Part shown: in pieces, positions 37,110 to 48,725 of the stretch
Layout of the letters: the number at the start of each line of letters is the position of its first letter
How positions within the stretch are numbered: position 1 is the stretch's first letter
Origin: Somniosus microcephalus
Lineage: Eukaryota
Direction of reading: 5' to 3'
Assembly (NCBI GenBank): GCA_052327205.1
Contig: CM126205.1
Coordinates: 299,956,001-300,020,000, forward strand
DNA: 64,000 nt
The notes under the pieces: generated by a model
The model's input: only the letters and a program-made list of their open reading frames with translations
Told to the model about the DNA's origin: nothing
The model's database searches: none
Program-made: the position numbers and the translations under genes

Positions 37110-39507
37110 GTAAGCTCTTCTAAAGATATCCATTGTGACATCTTGTTAAAGTGAGACCTGTACTTGACGTGCAGCCTTTGATCTGCAGCTAAATGTCTCA
37201 TGCTGTCTGCTAGTCAGTTTGAAGGTGGGATACGAGTAACTGCAGTGTTGAATAAAAGAGAGCCTTAAGGAAGACACAAGACCACCGATTTCCTTTCCCA
37301 TGCAGTCGGCATTAATAACTAACTGTGACAGACAGGGGTAATAAAAAAATCGAGGGTTTTGAGTGTGTGGCAGCAGTTGTTACCTTGCAGCTGAAAGATG
37401 CCCAGGGAAAAGAAAGGCGCGCACCTCCATGTGGGATTAAGGCCAGGGAGCAGACAGTGACACAGTGTGGGTAGAAGAGAGCTGCCTCTGACGATAGCCC
37501 ACTGCTAAGTGCTCTCAGGGGTGGGCAGGGCCTGCCAGACCTTATTGAAGTGATGTGCGGCTGGGAAGGTGCACTCTGTGCAGGAGTCAAAATGAATAAA
37601 CTCTTTTGATGTAGCAGTTGACTAAAATCCATTACTCCGATTGTCATGCAGGCATTTTGGCAGCTTGTAACATGCGACTCCCATATTAATTCTGACAAAA
37701 TGACCAAGATATCTATCAAAGAAACTGAAATGTTAAGCGCTACAGGAAATGCATACTGTATATCATAGCCTTACACATGGACTTAATAACCGAAAGAAGA
37801 GGCTTCCTCCCCAACTGGGTTGACAAATGTGAACAAAGGGAAGAAGCATCCATAAAATTACACGTATACAAGTCTTTATTAAACTTTACTAAGTTCAAAG
37901 TAACCAGCAAACATCCAGGAATAAACATTTTATTTCATTCATATTTTTTTAAGGTGGAGTTCAGGTAAAAAAAAAATTTAAACAATGAAACATAACCCTT
38001 AGAAAAATCCATATTTGTACGATCATTTGGATCTATAAACTAATCCTTTTAGAGAAACCAGAGTACATTATTATATACGTGAAAAACTAATTAGCACATT
38101 CTGTACACGTGTTAATGATGGCTGCCACATCAATACTTTTAACAGTGATGTGTTTATATTTTGCCATTATTTGCTTTGCTCTGATCTGCGCTTTGAATAA
38201 ATAAATTCTTCTGGTAGAATCGATTATGAGAAGACAATGAGGTGGAGTTTCTGCTTTGGGTGTAGTCGGCAATCTGGGCACAAATTGTGCTCAAGATTGC
38301 CCTGGTTTTCCGAAGTGAAGTTATGGTTCAAGTTTCCGGTCAAGCTCATTTGCATAATCACAAACGCAAAATCTTCCATGAACCAGCGAAATCGGGCAGC
38401 GTAATAGAACATAATTGTTTATTCTTTTTGTTGCATTAAAAAATATTCATTGACATATTTAAGAGTGGTAACCTGGTGCAGTTTAACCAATACAGCTGAA
38501 AAGGGATTTATCACAAAAAATAAGCATTTTTAATAAGGGTGTCCAGTCCACCACCTGTGAGTAACTTGATTTTAAATAACTGAAAATGACTTTGAAAAAC
38601 TATATTGAACCACTCACTAGTTACATTGGTGTACACTAGTCAGTTTCTTAGTAAATTAAATATTTTTAATATTTAAATACTTTTAAAACTTGCTCATTAG
38701 TGCCCATGCGCCTAAAAAAAAAGCTTAATTTGAAGAGCCTTCTCAAATGGTCGCAAATGGCAGAAACTCGGCATGCTCATTATTTCAATCTGGGGGCATG
38801 GGCAGTTTTGTGGGCAGGGCCGGACCCCGGCGTGATGTTTTTTGAACCAGCGTTAAAGATCGCGGAAAATCGATTTACGGTCAACGTAATTTGCGCTAAA
38901 AATTCCTCGATCTTTTACGCTGGTTTGGCCGATTTCCGTCAGGTTGCATTCGTTTTAGCGGAAACTCTAGGCCATGGTATATAATAGCTCCTTATTAAAG
39001 GTATTTAGTGGGGAAAAAAATGAGAAAGTTCAAAACATTGAAGGCTTAACACCTCTGTTACAATGGTGCAGGGAGGAATTTGGTACAGGTGTGTTAGTTT
39101 AATATACAATAACATTTCTATTCTTAGATGCTTTTTGCCGTTTAAAAAAAAAATGCAGTTAGAAAAGAATATCGCCCTTTTCGAGCGTTGAGAAACTTTT
39201 CTAAAAAATAATTTTTTGTCCTTCCTTATCAGTAATGTCGCCACAGCTAGAATGGGAAGGAGTGAGTAGGGGTAGCACTTCCACCTCTATGTGAAAAGGT
39301 GCAGGTCTAGGCAGTCCCGGCAAGTAAAAACGCGAAGGTCCGACTCTGAATTCTGGGTTGACGTGCAGTGGGATACTGGCATTTGGAGAGTGGCCCCTTC
39401 CTCATTGTGTGGATTGTGGGAGCCCAAAAAAACACTTACGCCATGTAGGATAAACCACCTCATCGGCTGGTATAAAGATGGTTACGGCCATGGACGATGC
39501 ACTCACA

Positions 39508-39856
39508 TCACAGAAATCACAGAATCACAGAAACCCCACAGTGCAGATAGAGGCCATTTCGGCCCATCGAGCCTGCACCGACACATATCCCACCCGATCC
39601 CCGTAACCCCTACACCAACACATATCACACCCTATCCCCGTAACCCCATGTATTTAATCCCCCTAACACTAAGGGTCAATTTTTATCATAGCCAATCAAC
39701 CTAACCCGCACATCTTTGGACTGTGGGAGGAAACCGGAGCACCCGGAGAAAACCCACGCAAACACGGGGAGAATGTGCAAACTCCACACAGACAGTCACC
39801 CGAGGCCGGATTCGAACCCGGGTCCCTGGCGCTGTGAGGCAACAGTGCTAACCACT
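39508..39856 (-). mobile_element. HE1-type V-SINE, slightly 5'-truncated, with an internal duplication of about 37 bp
   Basis: tRNA-like head, V-domain (gggttttctccgggtgctccggtttcctcccac on the minus strand) and a CR1-like tail with (TCTGTGAT)n. Confidence 0.9.
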
Positions 39857-40481
39857 TCACACGGTTCGCCAAGGGAAGAGTGTGAAGATATGAATACTAC
39901 AACAGCTACAATCGGACATTCACAGACCCAGGGAAATGTTATCAACTTAAAATGTGAAAGTCACTGCAGATTGCAAGGACATTCTGCTCAGAATCGGCTT
40001 CAAGACTAGATCAAAACTGTAGCCAGAGATGCGTGAAACAAATATTTTACCACTCTGCCATTGGGCCCCTGTTAGGGAAATTTTTATTCAGTGTCATTTC
40101 CGTTTCATCAATTTTTAGAGCATTCAATATAAAATGAAAAAACTGAAGTCAGAGCATGACAAAAACTTTCATATGTTGAAATGTGCAAATGCTATGAGAA
40201 AAATAGGATAATGCACACATTCAGTCTTTTTAATTTAATGCACTTCCATCATTCAAATCAAACCTGACGTATTAAAATGAGAGATTGTCTTCACTAAAGA
40301 AAATGTAAAGTTTGAAAATATTTCCTTTACATCAAACATTGCTTTGACATCGGTAAATATGATGACAACAATTGAAATAAAATTGGGCAAACAATTGTGA
40401 TTTTACGTTAAATATGTCATAAATTCCGTCTCCAGTTTTCTAATTGACAGATCACATGACCATTTGGTTTGATACAAGATG

Positions 40482-40806
40482 GGGGCACGGTGGCATAGTG
40501 GTTAGCACTGTTGCCTCACAGCGCCAGGGACCCGGGTTCAAATCCGGCCTCAGGTGACTGTCTGTGTGGAGTTTGCACATTCTCCCTGTGTCTGCGTGGG
40601 TTTCCTCCGGGTGCTCCGGTTTCCTCCCACAGTCCAAAGATGTGCGGGTTAGGTTGATTTGGCTATGATAAATTGACCCTTAGTGTTAGGGGATTAAATA
40701 CGTGGGGTTACGGGGATAGGGTGGGATATGTGTCAGTGCAGGCTCGATGGGCCGAAATGGCCTCTATCTGCACTGTGGGGATTTCTGTGATTCTGTGATT
40801 TCTGTG
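40482..40806 (+). mobile_element. Full-length HE1-type V-SINE, TSD AAGATG
   Basis: A box tggcatagtgg, B box ggttcaaatcc, V-domain and tail repeats. AAGATG occurs at 40476-40481 and 40807-40812. Confidence 0.92.
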
Positions 40807-42851
40807 AAGATGCTTGGTCAAGGGGATGAACAGATATTCAGACCTTAAACATCTCCCTAACCATCATCATTGTTGCCCTAGGGAAGCCCTATAGCTCTGA
40901 TGATAAAACACCAGGCTCAAAACCATATGGTCACAGGGATTTGAGACCCAGCCTCAATGCTGGTCATCCAAGTTCACCAATTGCTCAGTAATTCAATGGA
41001 CATTTCACATTATGGCAGAATGACTCAGCTCCTGGAGAGAGAGAGAAACCAATACCACTTGTAGTTCTGTAGCTATAGATTCTATTATTATTGGCAGACT
41101 GGATATCTCCCGACTATCCTAATCTCTGAGCTGAAGGAGGAAACATGGAAGTGAGCTGTATTTTCGGCTGAATAAGGGGATCAAGTCAGTCAGTGTAGAA
41201 AATAGAACTGCTCCATGATTGACCAGCAGAACATACACTTGTAATAGCAGAGGTTGAACTCTGTCAATTTTTTCTGCTCTCCTCAAATATAATGGGACCA
41301 CGCTCACAGCGAGCCTCCATTTTGTAATCTGGTGACAAATTTGATCATGAATGAGCCTGGCTGACTTGTTTGAATTAACATTTTGCTGAAATTCCAGTGG
41401 GCACCAGTAAAGAAAGGCCAGTTTAAACCACTGAAACCAATATAATCGCTACAAATTGGAATTTAGAGCAGGGTAGTTTATCGGGAATTTTTTTTAAAGT
41501 AAGTAACAAACTTGACGTGTTCCAAGTCTGTAACCAATAAAACTGACAAGTACAAGATGGATAAATTCTGCTGTATCCGTTGTGAAAGAATGTACATGAC
41601 TGTGATCTCAGCCACACATCATCTCAGAGTTACTGTACAATCAGAGCAATTGGACTTATCAGACTTTGTAGCTTATGGGGTGGAAAGGCTGGCAGATTCG
41701 GTTATTAAGCAGTCACAGAACTCAAACCTGTGACATTGAGATTATGAAACAAGTGCTCTTACTGCTGCACTGCCATCATGCCTCAGGTCAAATGCTTCTT
41801 TTAAATACAAGAGAATCCAGATAAGGTACAACAAAAAGTGCATTGTATTTTGAAAAAGTTAACAGGAACTGTCAGGGTCAATGAAAAGTCATCATCACTA
41901 AAACATTGTCAAAAACAAATGATGTGAATTAAAATTAACTGCAATACTGGACCAGTACTATGATGTGGTGCATTATTTCCAGTTAGTAATGCCAGAACAC
42001 AGAATTAGAATATGTATTCAAATGAAGTTTACCTTACACTGAGTATAATTTAACTAATCAGTCCAAGCTTCAGTGACAGCAAAGAGAAAGCTATAACAGA
42101 GACATATAAACAAATTAGACAGTAAACCTTAATTTATGAGATAAGTGGAATTTACTCAATCACTTAGGCTGTTCTAGTGTTTACTAAAACACAGTAAAAC
42201 AAGCCCAAGCACTGCATTTAATGGATCTAACCCATTATAGATGCTTTAGTTTACATACATTGAGGGAGTTATAGTCAAATACCACAAGCCATAAAACATG
42301 GACTGATAAACAAATTTAACCAATCAGTAAATTAGTGAATCTATGAACGGAATGTGTGATATCTGGCTGGTAATTATCTAGAACTTGTTTACAACTGTAT
42401 CTACCATTCAGGATTGAGTGATTGCAACTTCATACATTTAGATAGGTGTTTTAACTCTTCCTTAAGAAGATCAGCATGCTTATGTCATTTACTTCAAACC
42501 ACATCAATTTGTTTTCTTCTTTTGGATAATTATTTGCTAGCAGTACAGTGGAGCGATTGTTCAGGTGTTATGTTTAGAATTAGTGTCCCTGTTCCATGCT
42601 TGAGTTTATTTACACCTAGATCCAGATTACCAACATTTTACATAATTAATGTGCATTGTGCTGTCATTTTACGTTGTCCAAATCGCAAGAAGGGAGAGTC
42701 ATTTTTGTATGCAACATAGAAAATCTTTAAAGTGCTCTCACTCCCTATGAAATCAATGGAATGAACATCAGATGGGTTCTGCAAAGGGCAGGTAATCCAC
42801 TCAGCCAGATTACCACCAAGGGGTTGAAGACGAAAATCTATCCCAGGGTAT

Positions 42852-43218
42852 AGGCTGACACTCCAGTGCAGTATTGATGGAGTGCTCCACTGTCGGAGGT
42901 GCCGTCCTTCGGATGTAATGTTAAACCGAGGCCCCTCCTGCCCTCTCAGGTAGACGTAAAAGATCTCAAGGCACTATTTTGCAGAAGAGCAGGGGAATCC
43001 TGATAAATATTTATCCCTCAACCAACATCACTAAAACAGGTTATCTGGTCATAATCTCATTGCTGTTTGTGGATTCTTGTTGTGCACACATTGGCCGCCG
43101 TGTTTCCTACATTACAGCAGTGACTGCACTTCAAAAGTACTTAATTGGTTGTAAAGCGCTTTGTGATGTCCTGAGGTTGTGAAAGGTGCTATATAAATGC
43201 AAGTCTTTCTTTCTCTTT
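42852..43218 (+). mobile_element. SacSINE1/DeuSINE-type SINE, partial
   Basis: Deu-like core (ggaggtgccgtccttcggatg..ttaaaccgaggccc) and tail gctatataaatgcaagtctttc. Further fragments lie at about 45660-45730 and 56960-57050. Confidence 0.78.
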
Positions 43219-44236
43219 CCTGTGAGCAATGCAAAATTACCCAGTATGCAAAAATGAATTTACAAATGCACGATGAATATGTGTAAGCTACTGCACTTCA
43301 GAAATATTTTGCCGACACTGATCCAATCCCTTTATCATTGAGCTGTACAGTTAGCTATTGGTTTGGCGGCAAGATGAAGCACTGGCAGCATAGGCACTGG
43401 CAAAGGAGACTGGTGGAGAGGGATACAATGGCATCAGCAGCGCTGGGGGGCAGCTTTAGGCTGATGTCGTGAGACATATCAGGCCTGTTTCAGATCTCCT
43501 CCCACCCCACCTGCCCTGCTCTTCCACACTGAATCCATATAGTGTAGAGCCTCCCCTTTTCAAATTCACTCCTGAAAAACATTCACTCTAAACCTGAGAT
43601 TAAGCCCAACCTTAACCCTGGCCCTCATCCCAAATCGTAGCCCTCAGTCTAAGCCTCAACTTACACATATATTTTCCGTTCAGCCTGTTCAATTAGGGAA
43701 GATAGATGAAATTGGGAATTCAGGGACTTTCCACCATTTCGTTGAAACCTGGAATTCCAGGGTTGTCCATAACAAACTGATAAAACATCCACACCAGAAG
43801 ATGGTTCCTATTTCAAATGAGATGACTAAGCTGCTGAGTCAACAGCAGAAGTCAAGTTCTCTCTGCCGCCTTTGTTTAATTTGTTACATGTCCATGTGAG
43901 GCAGCTTACTCTATTCATAAATATTCAGGTGGTCTATAAACATTGGCATTGATAACTTGACCCTCCACTTTTCAACTATAACTGCTAACATACCCTCTTT
44001 GCTGGAGGTAGCTGCTATCACAATGGGAGCGACCTCTTGGGTGTTTTAAAAGCTTCACTGTTTACAGAGCTTGTAGAATCTATCATTGTATTGATGAAAT
44101 ACTCAGTCCTCCTCAATCCTAGTTTTGCACATTTAGAATAAAACCGACGTACCCAATTTGAACAGCCCAACTCGAAGAAACAGCACAGTAGACAGCCAAA
44201 GCTCAGCCCTGACTCCAACCCGCTTCTACTTTTGTA

Positions 44237-44319
44237 GGAGCAGTGGCCAAGGTGATGGGGAGCAGTGGCCAAGGTGATGGGGAGCAGTGGCCAAGGTGAT
44301 GGGGAGCAATGGCCAAGGT
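44237..44319. repeat. Minisatellite, about 3.8 copies of a 22-bp unit GGAGCAGTGGCCAAGGTGATGG
   Basis: Read directly from the sequence. Confidence 0.92.
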
Positions 44320-45303
44320 TTGGGCGGTTGGGGTGAGGGGTGCGGGGGCAGGGAGGGGATGGTGACAAGGTGAAATGGCTCAGCAGTGACAGCAACAAAA
44401 TTCAAGATAGACTTACCTACATTGGTACACTAGTAAGAAGCTGCTATGGGACCATGTGGGAGGAAGTCTTCATAATGTCATGAGATCCACCAGTCTTGCC
44501 AGAAAATGAAGAGCCGGCACAATAAGTAGCCAATTGGACAAGAGGCAGGCGAGCTGATCCTGACTTACTTGAACCCTGGTTATGGCCTAATGTAAAAGGA
44601 ATTGATTCTTCCAGTAGTCCTTTGTATTTCTTTGCTCTCTGCATGTTCACTTTAAAATGCAGACCAGCTGTATCTATATATTAATAAAACTCCATTAACA
44701 ATGTTTTATGAGCTCCAAAAATAGCATTTGTTAGCTGTTTTGTTTTTCTACAAAATTAAGCAAATGACTAATGTAAGAAACTGTGGTTTCTGGATCTGAA
44801 GAGCTTTGAGAATAATAGCTTCTTCTGAAATGAATTAAAGTCACAGGCGATATAATTATTTATGATTAGCCTAATGTAGATAACTGGGCTAAATACCAGC
44901 AATGAACACAAGACTCATTATCCATCATGTTTTACATACTCCAAGGTGTGTATGTATGTGTGGATTTATGTAAGAAATTAATGTAACCTGACATATTTGC
45001 TATACTTCTTTCAACTTTTTTTCAATAGCTAGGATTGACAGCTAAGTAGGCTCAGAGCCCAGTTCTTAAAGATTGGCTTTTCATCCACATATTTGGTTAT
45101 ACAGTCAATATTCCCGGAATCCACATCTAAAGCTGCCACTTTGAAATCCTTTTGCATAACTGGGTGTCTGGTATAAAGATTGAAGGAATTTTTTTATGGG
45201 CATGTCATTCCTATTTCTACCAGGGACTTGTTTACATTATACATCTTGCAGCATCCTGGGCTAAGGGGGACCATTTAAAAAAAAATTGTGTTCGCTATGA
45301 TCA

Positions 45304-46348
45304 TTGCACCACTATGGAGTGAAACCAGAAACGTTTTCCCACTTGTTTTAGACTACGAATGTGTTTCTCCACTGTGCACCTTTTGATACTATTTTGAGGG
45401 AGCTAGTCATGTTGATGAGTGAGTTTGATTACCCACAGGGGTCAATCTCTATTAGGCATGAGATGCCTTTTGGTTTTGTTTGTCATTTTATTGCTGAACA
45501 ACTGGGAAATGTGGCAACAATGTGGCAACCACTGTTCAATTTGCCAGTTTTCTGTATTCTCCCCATGACTTGGTGCTCACTATTATTCATGTCAGAAGAA
45601 TGAAAGGCTGATTGAACCCTGCCATTATTTGAGCTTTTGGCTCTGACTCTGACGTTCAATAAAGAAAGAAGAAAAGACTTGCATTTATATAGTGCCTTTC
45701 ACAAGCTCAGGATGTCCCAAAGCGCTTTACTATCCATCCTTCCCAAATAGGCTGTTGGTCCACCACCTTTGTATCAGTGTATTGCAGTCATGATTCTGTT
45801 TTGGACCCAGTATGCTCCTGTAATAACACTCTTCAAAAAGTCTTTAACAGAAAGATTAACTTTGCAAAATATGTTTACACCTTTGCTCAGCCTTTAGGCT
45901 CCAGATAAATAGGACTCTTCACTAAAAATCAGATAGACTCACACTCAGATAGTGGGGAACGGATAAGTGATTTGTATAGTGGCTGCTACTCAGCAACTAA
46001 TCAGATGTCGGATGAGAAGTTCTTCTGCAACAATCTGGAACCGTGATAAAAGAGCTGGGTTTCCGAAATCAAAGTAATGTGTATATTTTAGCAGTTTTTC
46101 TAGAGCTGGCTTTTCCTTTCTATACTTGAAAGAGAAAAATAAAGCCTGTTTGTATGTGTACCTACCTTCATGATCTTGTTTCTTCAAGAAGACCAGAGCT
46201 AGACTGGTGAGATGCAATTGTTGCACCACTATGGAGTGAATCCAAAAACGTTTTCCCACTTGTTTTAGACTACGAATGTGTTTCTCCACTGTGCACTTTT
46301 GGATACTATTTTGAGGGAACTATTCATGTTGATAAGTGAGTTTGATTA
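45304..46348. repeat. 128-bp direct repeat pair (45304-45431 and 46221-46348)
   Basis: Both copies run ttgcaccactatggagtgaa...gagtttgatta with few differences. Confidence 0.92.
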
Positions 46349-46917
46349 TATTAATTATTGTATTAATTCCTGAAACGGGCAATTGAAGAAAAAGTGCAGA
46401 TTTAGTGAGTTTTGCTTTTTAATGACTTGTACATATGATGGAGGTCAGACGATGGTGCTAGAGGACTTAAAACACATGGCACAAATTAAAATGCACTACA
46501 GCAGAGTCCTCATATGGTGTGCATCCAGGCTGTGGTAGAGGATAATTGAGCCATGCTTTCCATGTTCAGTGTGAGATTTTCTGGAACTCCTGAGTCCAGT
46601 ATCCACAGAAATTGGTTGGGGACTTAGCACACAGGATACAATTGGCAAAGACCTCAGGCACCATGGCTGGCTGCCACCAGTTTGTTTTTGGGCTATGAAC
46701 AAAGAAAAATTATTTATAAAGCACTTTAATTATGAAGTGGTTTCATAATTTTCTTTAACCCTTTAAGTATCATTTCTACACTGAAAAGGTAATGGCGTTA
46801 TTGTTTTTTGTTATTCTGCATATACTGTGACCTAGGAGACTTTCCGCCATTCTGAATGTTTCTCTGACTCTACATTACATTGAAAAACCCATTGGGTTAG
46901 AATAGGGACCTGGAAAG

Positions 46918-47373
46918 GGCGATTGAGTGGCGCAGTGGATAAGCAGCTGTCTGGGACCTGGATTTGTTAGCACCCCAGAATGATAGCATTAAAAAAAAGC
47001 AAATCCCCATTCTCTTTCAGCAGTCAGGGCCCTAAGTGAAATCAGTTGGTTTATTCTCACCAGTGGTGGCAGGCCCCTAGGGCAGCAAACTACCCACACA
47101 CGATCACTAAACTGACAGTCTCACTCAGAGAGGTCAGAGTGAAGAATTGTGGTGAAAGTGAAACAACTGAGAGAGGCAGTAGAGGGTGCTCTTTCTTGTT
47201 TTAAGTTGACACACTGCTGGGGAAGAGCAGAGGGTGCTTTACCCTGCAGCTACCTGCTTTAACTGACTTGAGAGTATTTGATGTTGGCGCTGGGTAACAA
47301 CAGTAAATAATATATTCTAATCCCCAGCATTGACATCCATAATCTTGAAGAGCTCAAAACATCACCCAAAAAA
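46918..47373 (+). mobile_element. LF-SINE-like element
   Basis: A-box-like tggcgcagtgg. The blocks ggccctaagtgaaatcagttggt and gacagtctcactcagagaggtcag and the 3' end resemble the recalled LF-SINE consensus, in the same order. Confidence 0.55.
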
Positions 47374-47698
47374 GTATATATGTTTAAAGTGCAGATGTTT
47401 TTAAATTATGATGTTATTAACAATGATTTTGTTTTAAAAATCCATTCCAGTATGAGGCAGATACAAATTATGTTGCTTTCACTGTCTAGAATTAAAATTC
47501 TTGACAGGAAATGCCCTATCTTATATAACCACTGGCACTGGAGTGTGCTATTAAATACTGAACTCTAATTTCTATTTAACCTGTCAAAACAGTTCTTTTT
47601 CCCTTTTGAATAATCCTCACATTTTTCAATATGTGGCCTCACTGCACAGTTTTGAGATTTGGAGATGACATCTTTTTTTTTCTCCCGCCTCTGTACAG

Positions 47699-47788
47699 AA
47701 AACAGGCTGTAAGCCAGAAAATGTGGACTTGTGCGGTGCTCAGATTGATTGGGCAAAAGACAAATCCAGCAGAAAGAATGTGCTTCAG
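47699..47788 (+). CDS. ARHGAP15: ARHGAP15 coding exon (equivalent to human exon 6), 90 nt, phase 0/0: KTGCKPENVDLCGAQIDWAKDKSSRKNVLQ
   Basis: Polypyrimidine tract with ctgtacag acceptor and CAG|gtagga donor. It resembles human KTGHKPESVDLCGAHIEWAKEKSSRKNVFQ. Confidence 0.96.
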
Positions 47789-48097
47789 GTAGGATATTTT
47801 TCTTGGTAGCATGATTAACTTTGCAGTCACTTCAACCTATTAATCCTCATGTGGGTGCAAGCTGTTTAGTACCTCAGCTTTAGCTGAAGAGCTATCACTT
47901 TTAGAAAATGAAGAATATAAGACACCAAATAAAACTCATTGGGGGGGAAAAATGTGTCTACAGGAACCCAAGTGCATTGTACACATAGCAGTTCCCTAGC
48001 AAGAATCTGGCTTGGAAAGCCTTTTTTAACAATATTAGACCATGTTGGTATCTCATACTTGGCTAGTATAATCCATAGCTATTACCAGGACAATGAA

Positions 48098-48725
48098 GAG
48101 CCGATATTAACTCCCTCTGCAGGGTGGAAACGGAGCAGTGGTGGAGTTAAAATCGCAGCGGTGGCCTTACCACAATGTTTCCCACTCGCTGTACACCCGC
48201 TGCTATACTGAGTTTACATGGGTGGTCAAGGCACCCACCTCAGTCAGGCTGGAGCCTAATGAGCCCATGCAAATGGGGCCCATATGATGGACATAGGCCC
48301 CGAAACAATTTAATGGCCTACTGGGTGGATTGTGTGTCACAGCCAGTCCGCTCAATAAAACGTGGCCGGGAAGTGGAAGAGGCTCCCAAGAAGGTAAGCA
48401 TTCAAATTATTTTTGTAGGGCCAGGAAGAGCTAAAGTGCTCCTCCGGGATCCACAAGAATAACGTGAGCTACTGCCATCTCGGGCTCTCCCACCCCCCCC
48501 TCATCCTCCAGGATCACACCTCCCACCCCACACCACCAGACCTACCTTTCTGCTAGCCAGTTCGGCCTCCAGGCTGTCTAATATTGCATCAGTCCAGAGC
48601 CAGCAAGTGACTACGGGATGCCTGTTCGGGCCGTGCAGCTTGCAGGATGTATGTTAATGAAGCTCAGCCCTCAAAATGGACCCAAGCATTCCGCCAGTCT
48701 GATGCCTGGATGTTAAAATCCCCAC
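48098..48725. mobile_element. Degenerate Harbinger-type MITE
   Basis: Shares its internal core (aaggtaag..tttttgtagggccagga..gctcctcc) with 32535-34032 in reverse orientation. The ends are decayed. Confidence 0.5.

Noticed and set aside
40482-40555. tRNA gene
   Set aside because: The A and B boxes belong to the tRNA-derived head of an HE1-type SINE, followed by the V-domain and a LINE tail.
44018-44398. 126-aa Pro/His-rich ORF
   Set aside because: It is largely produced by the 22-bp minisatellite and a G-rich flank, with no recognisable domain.
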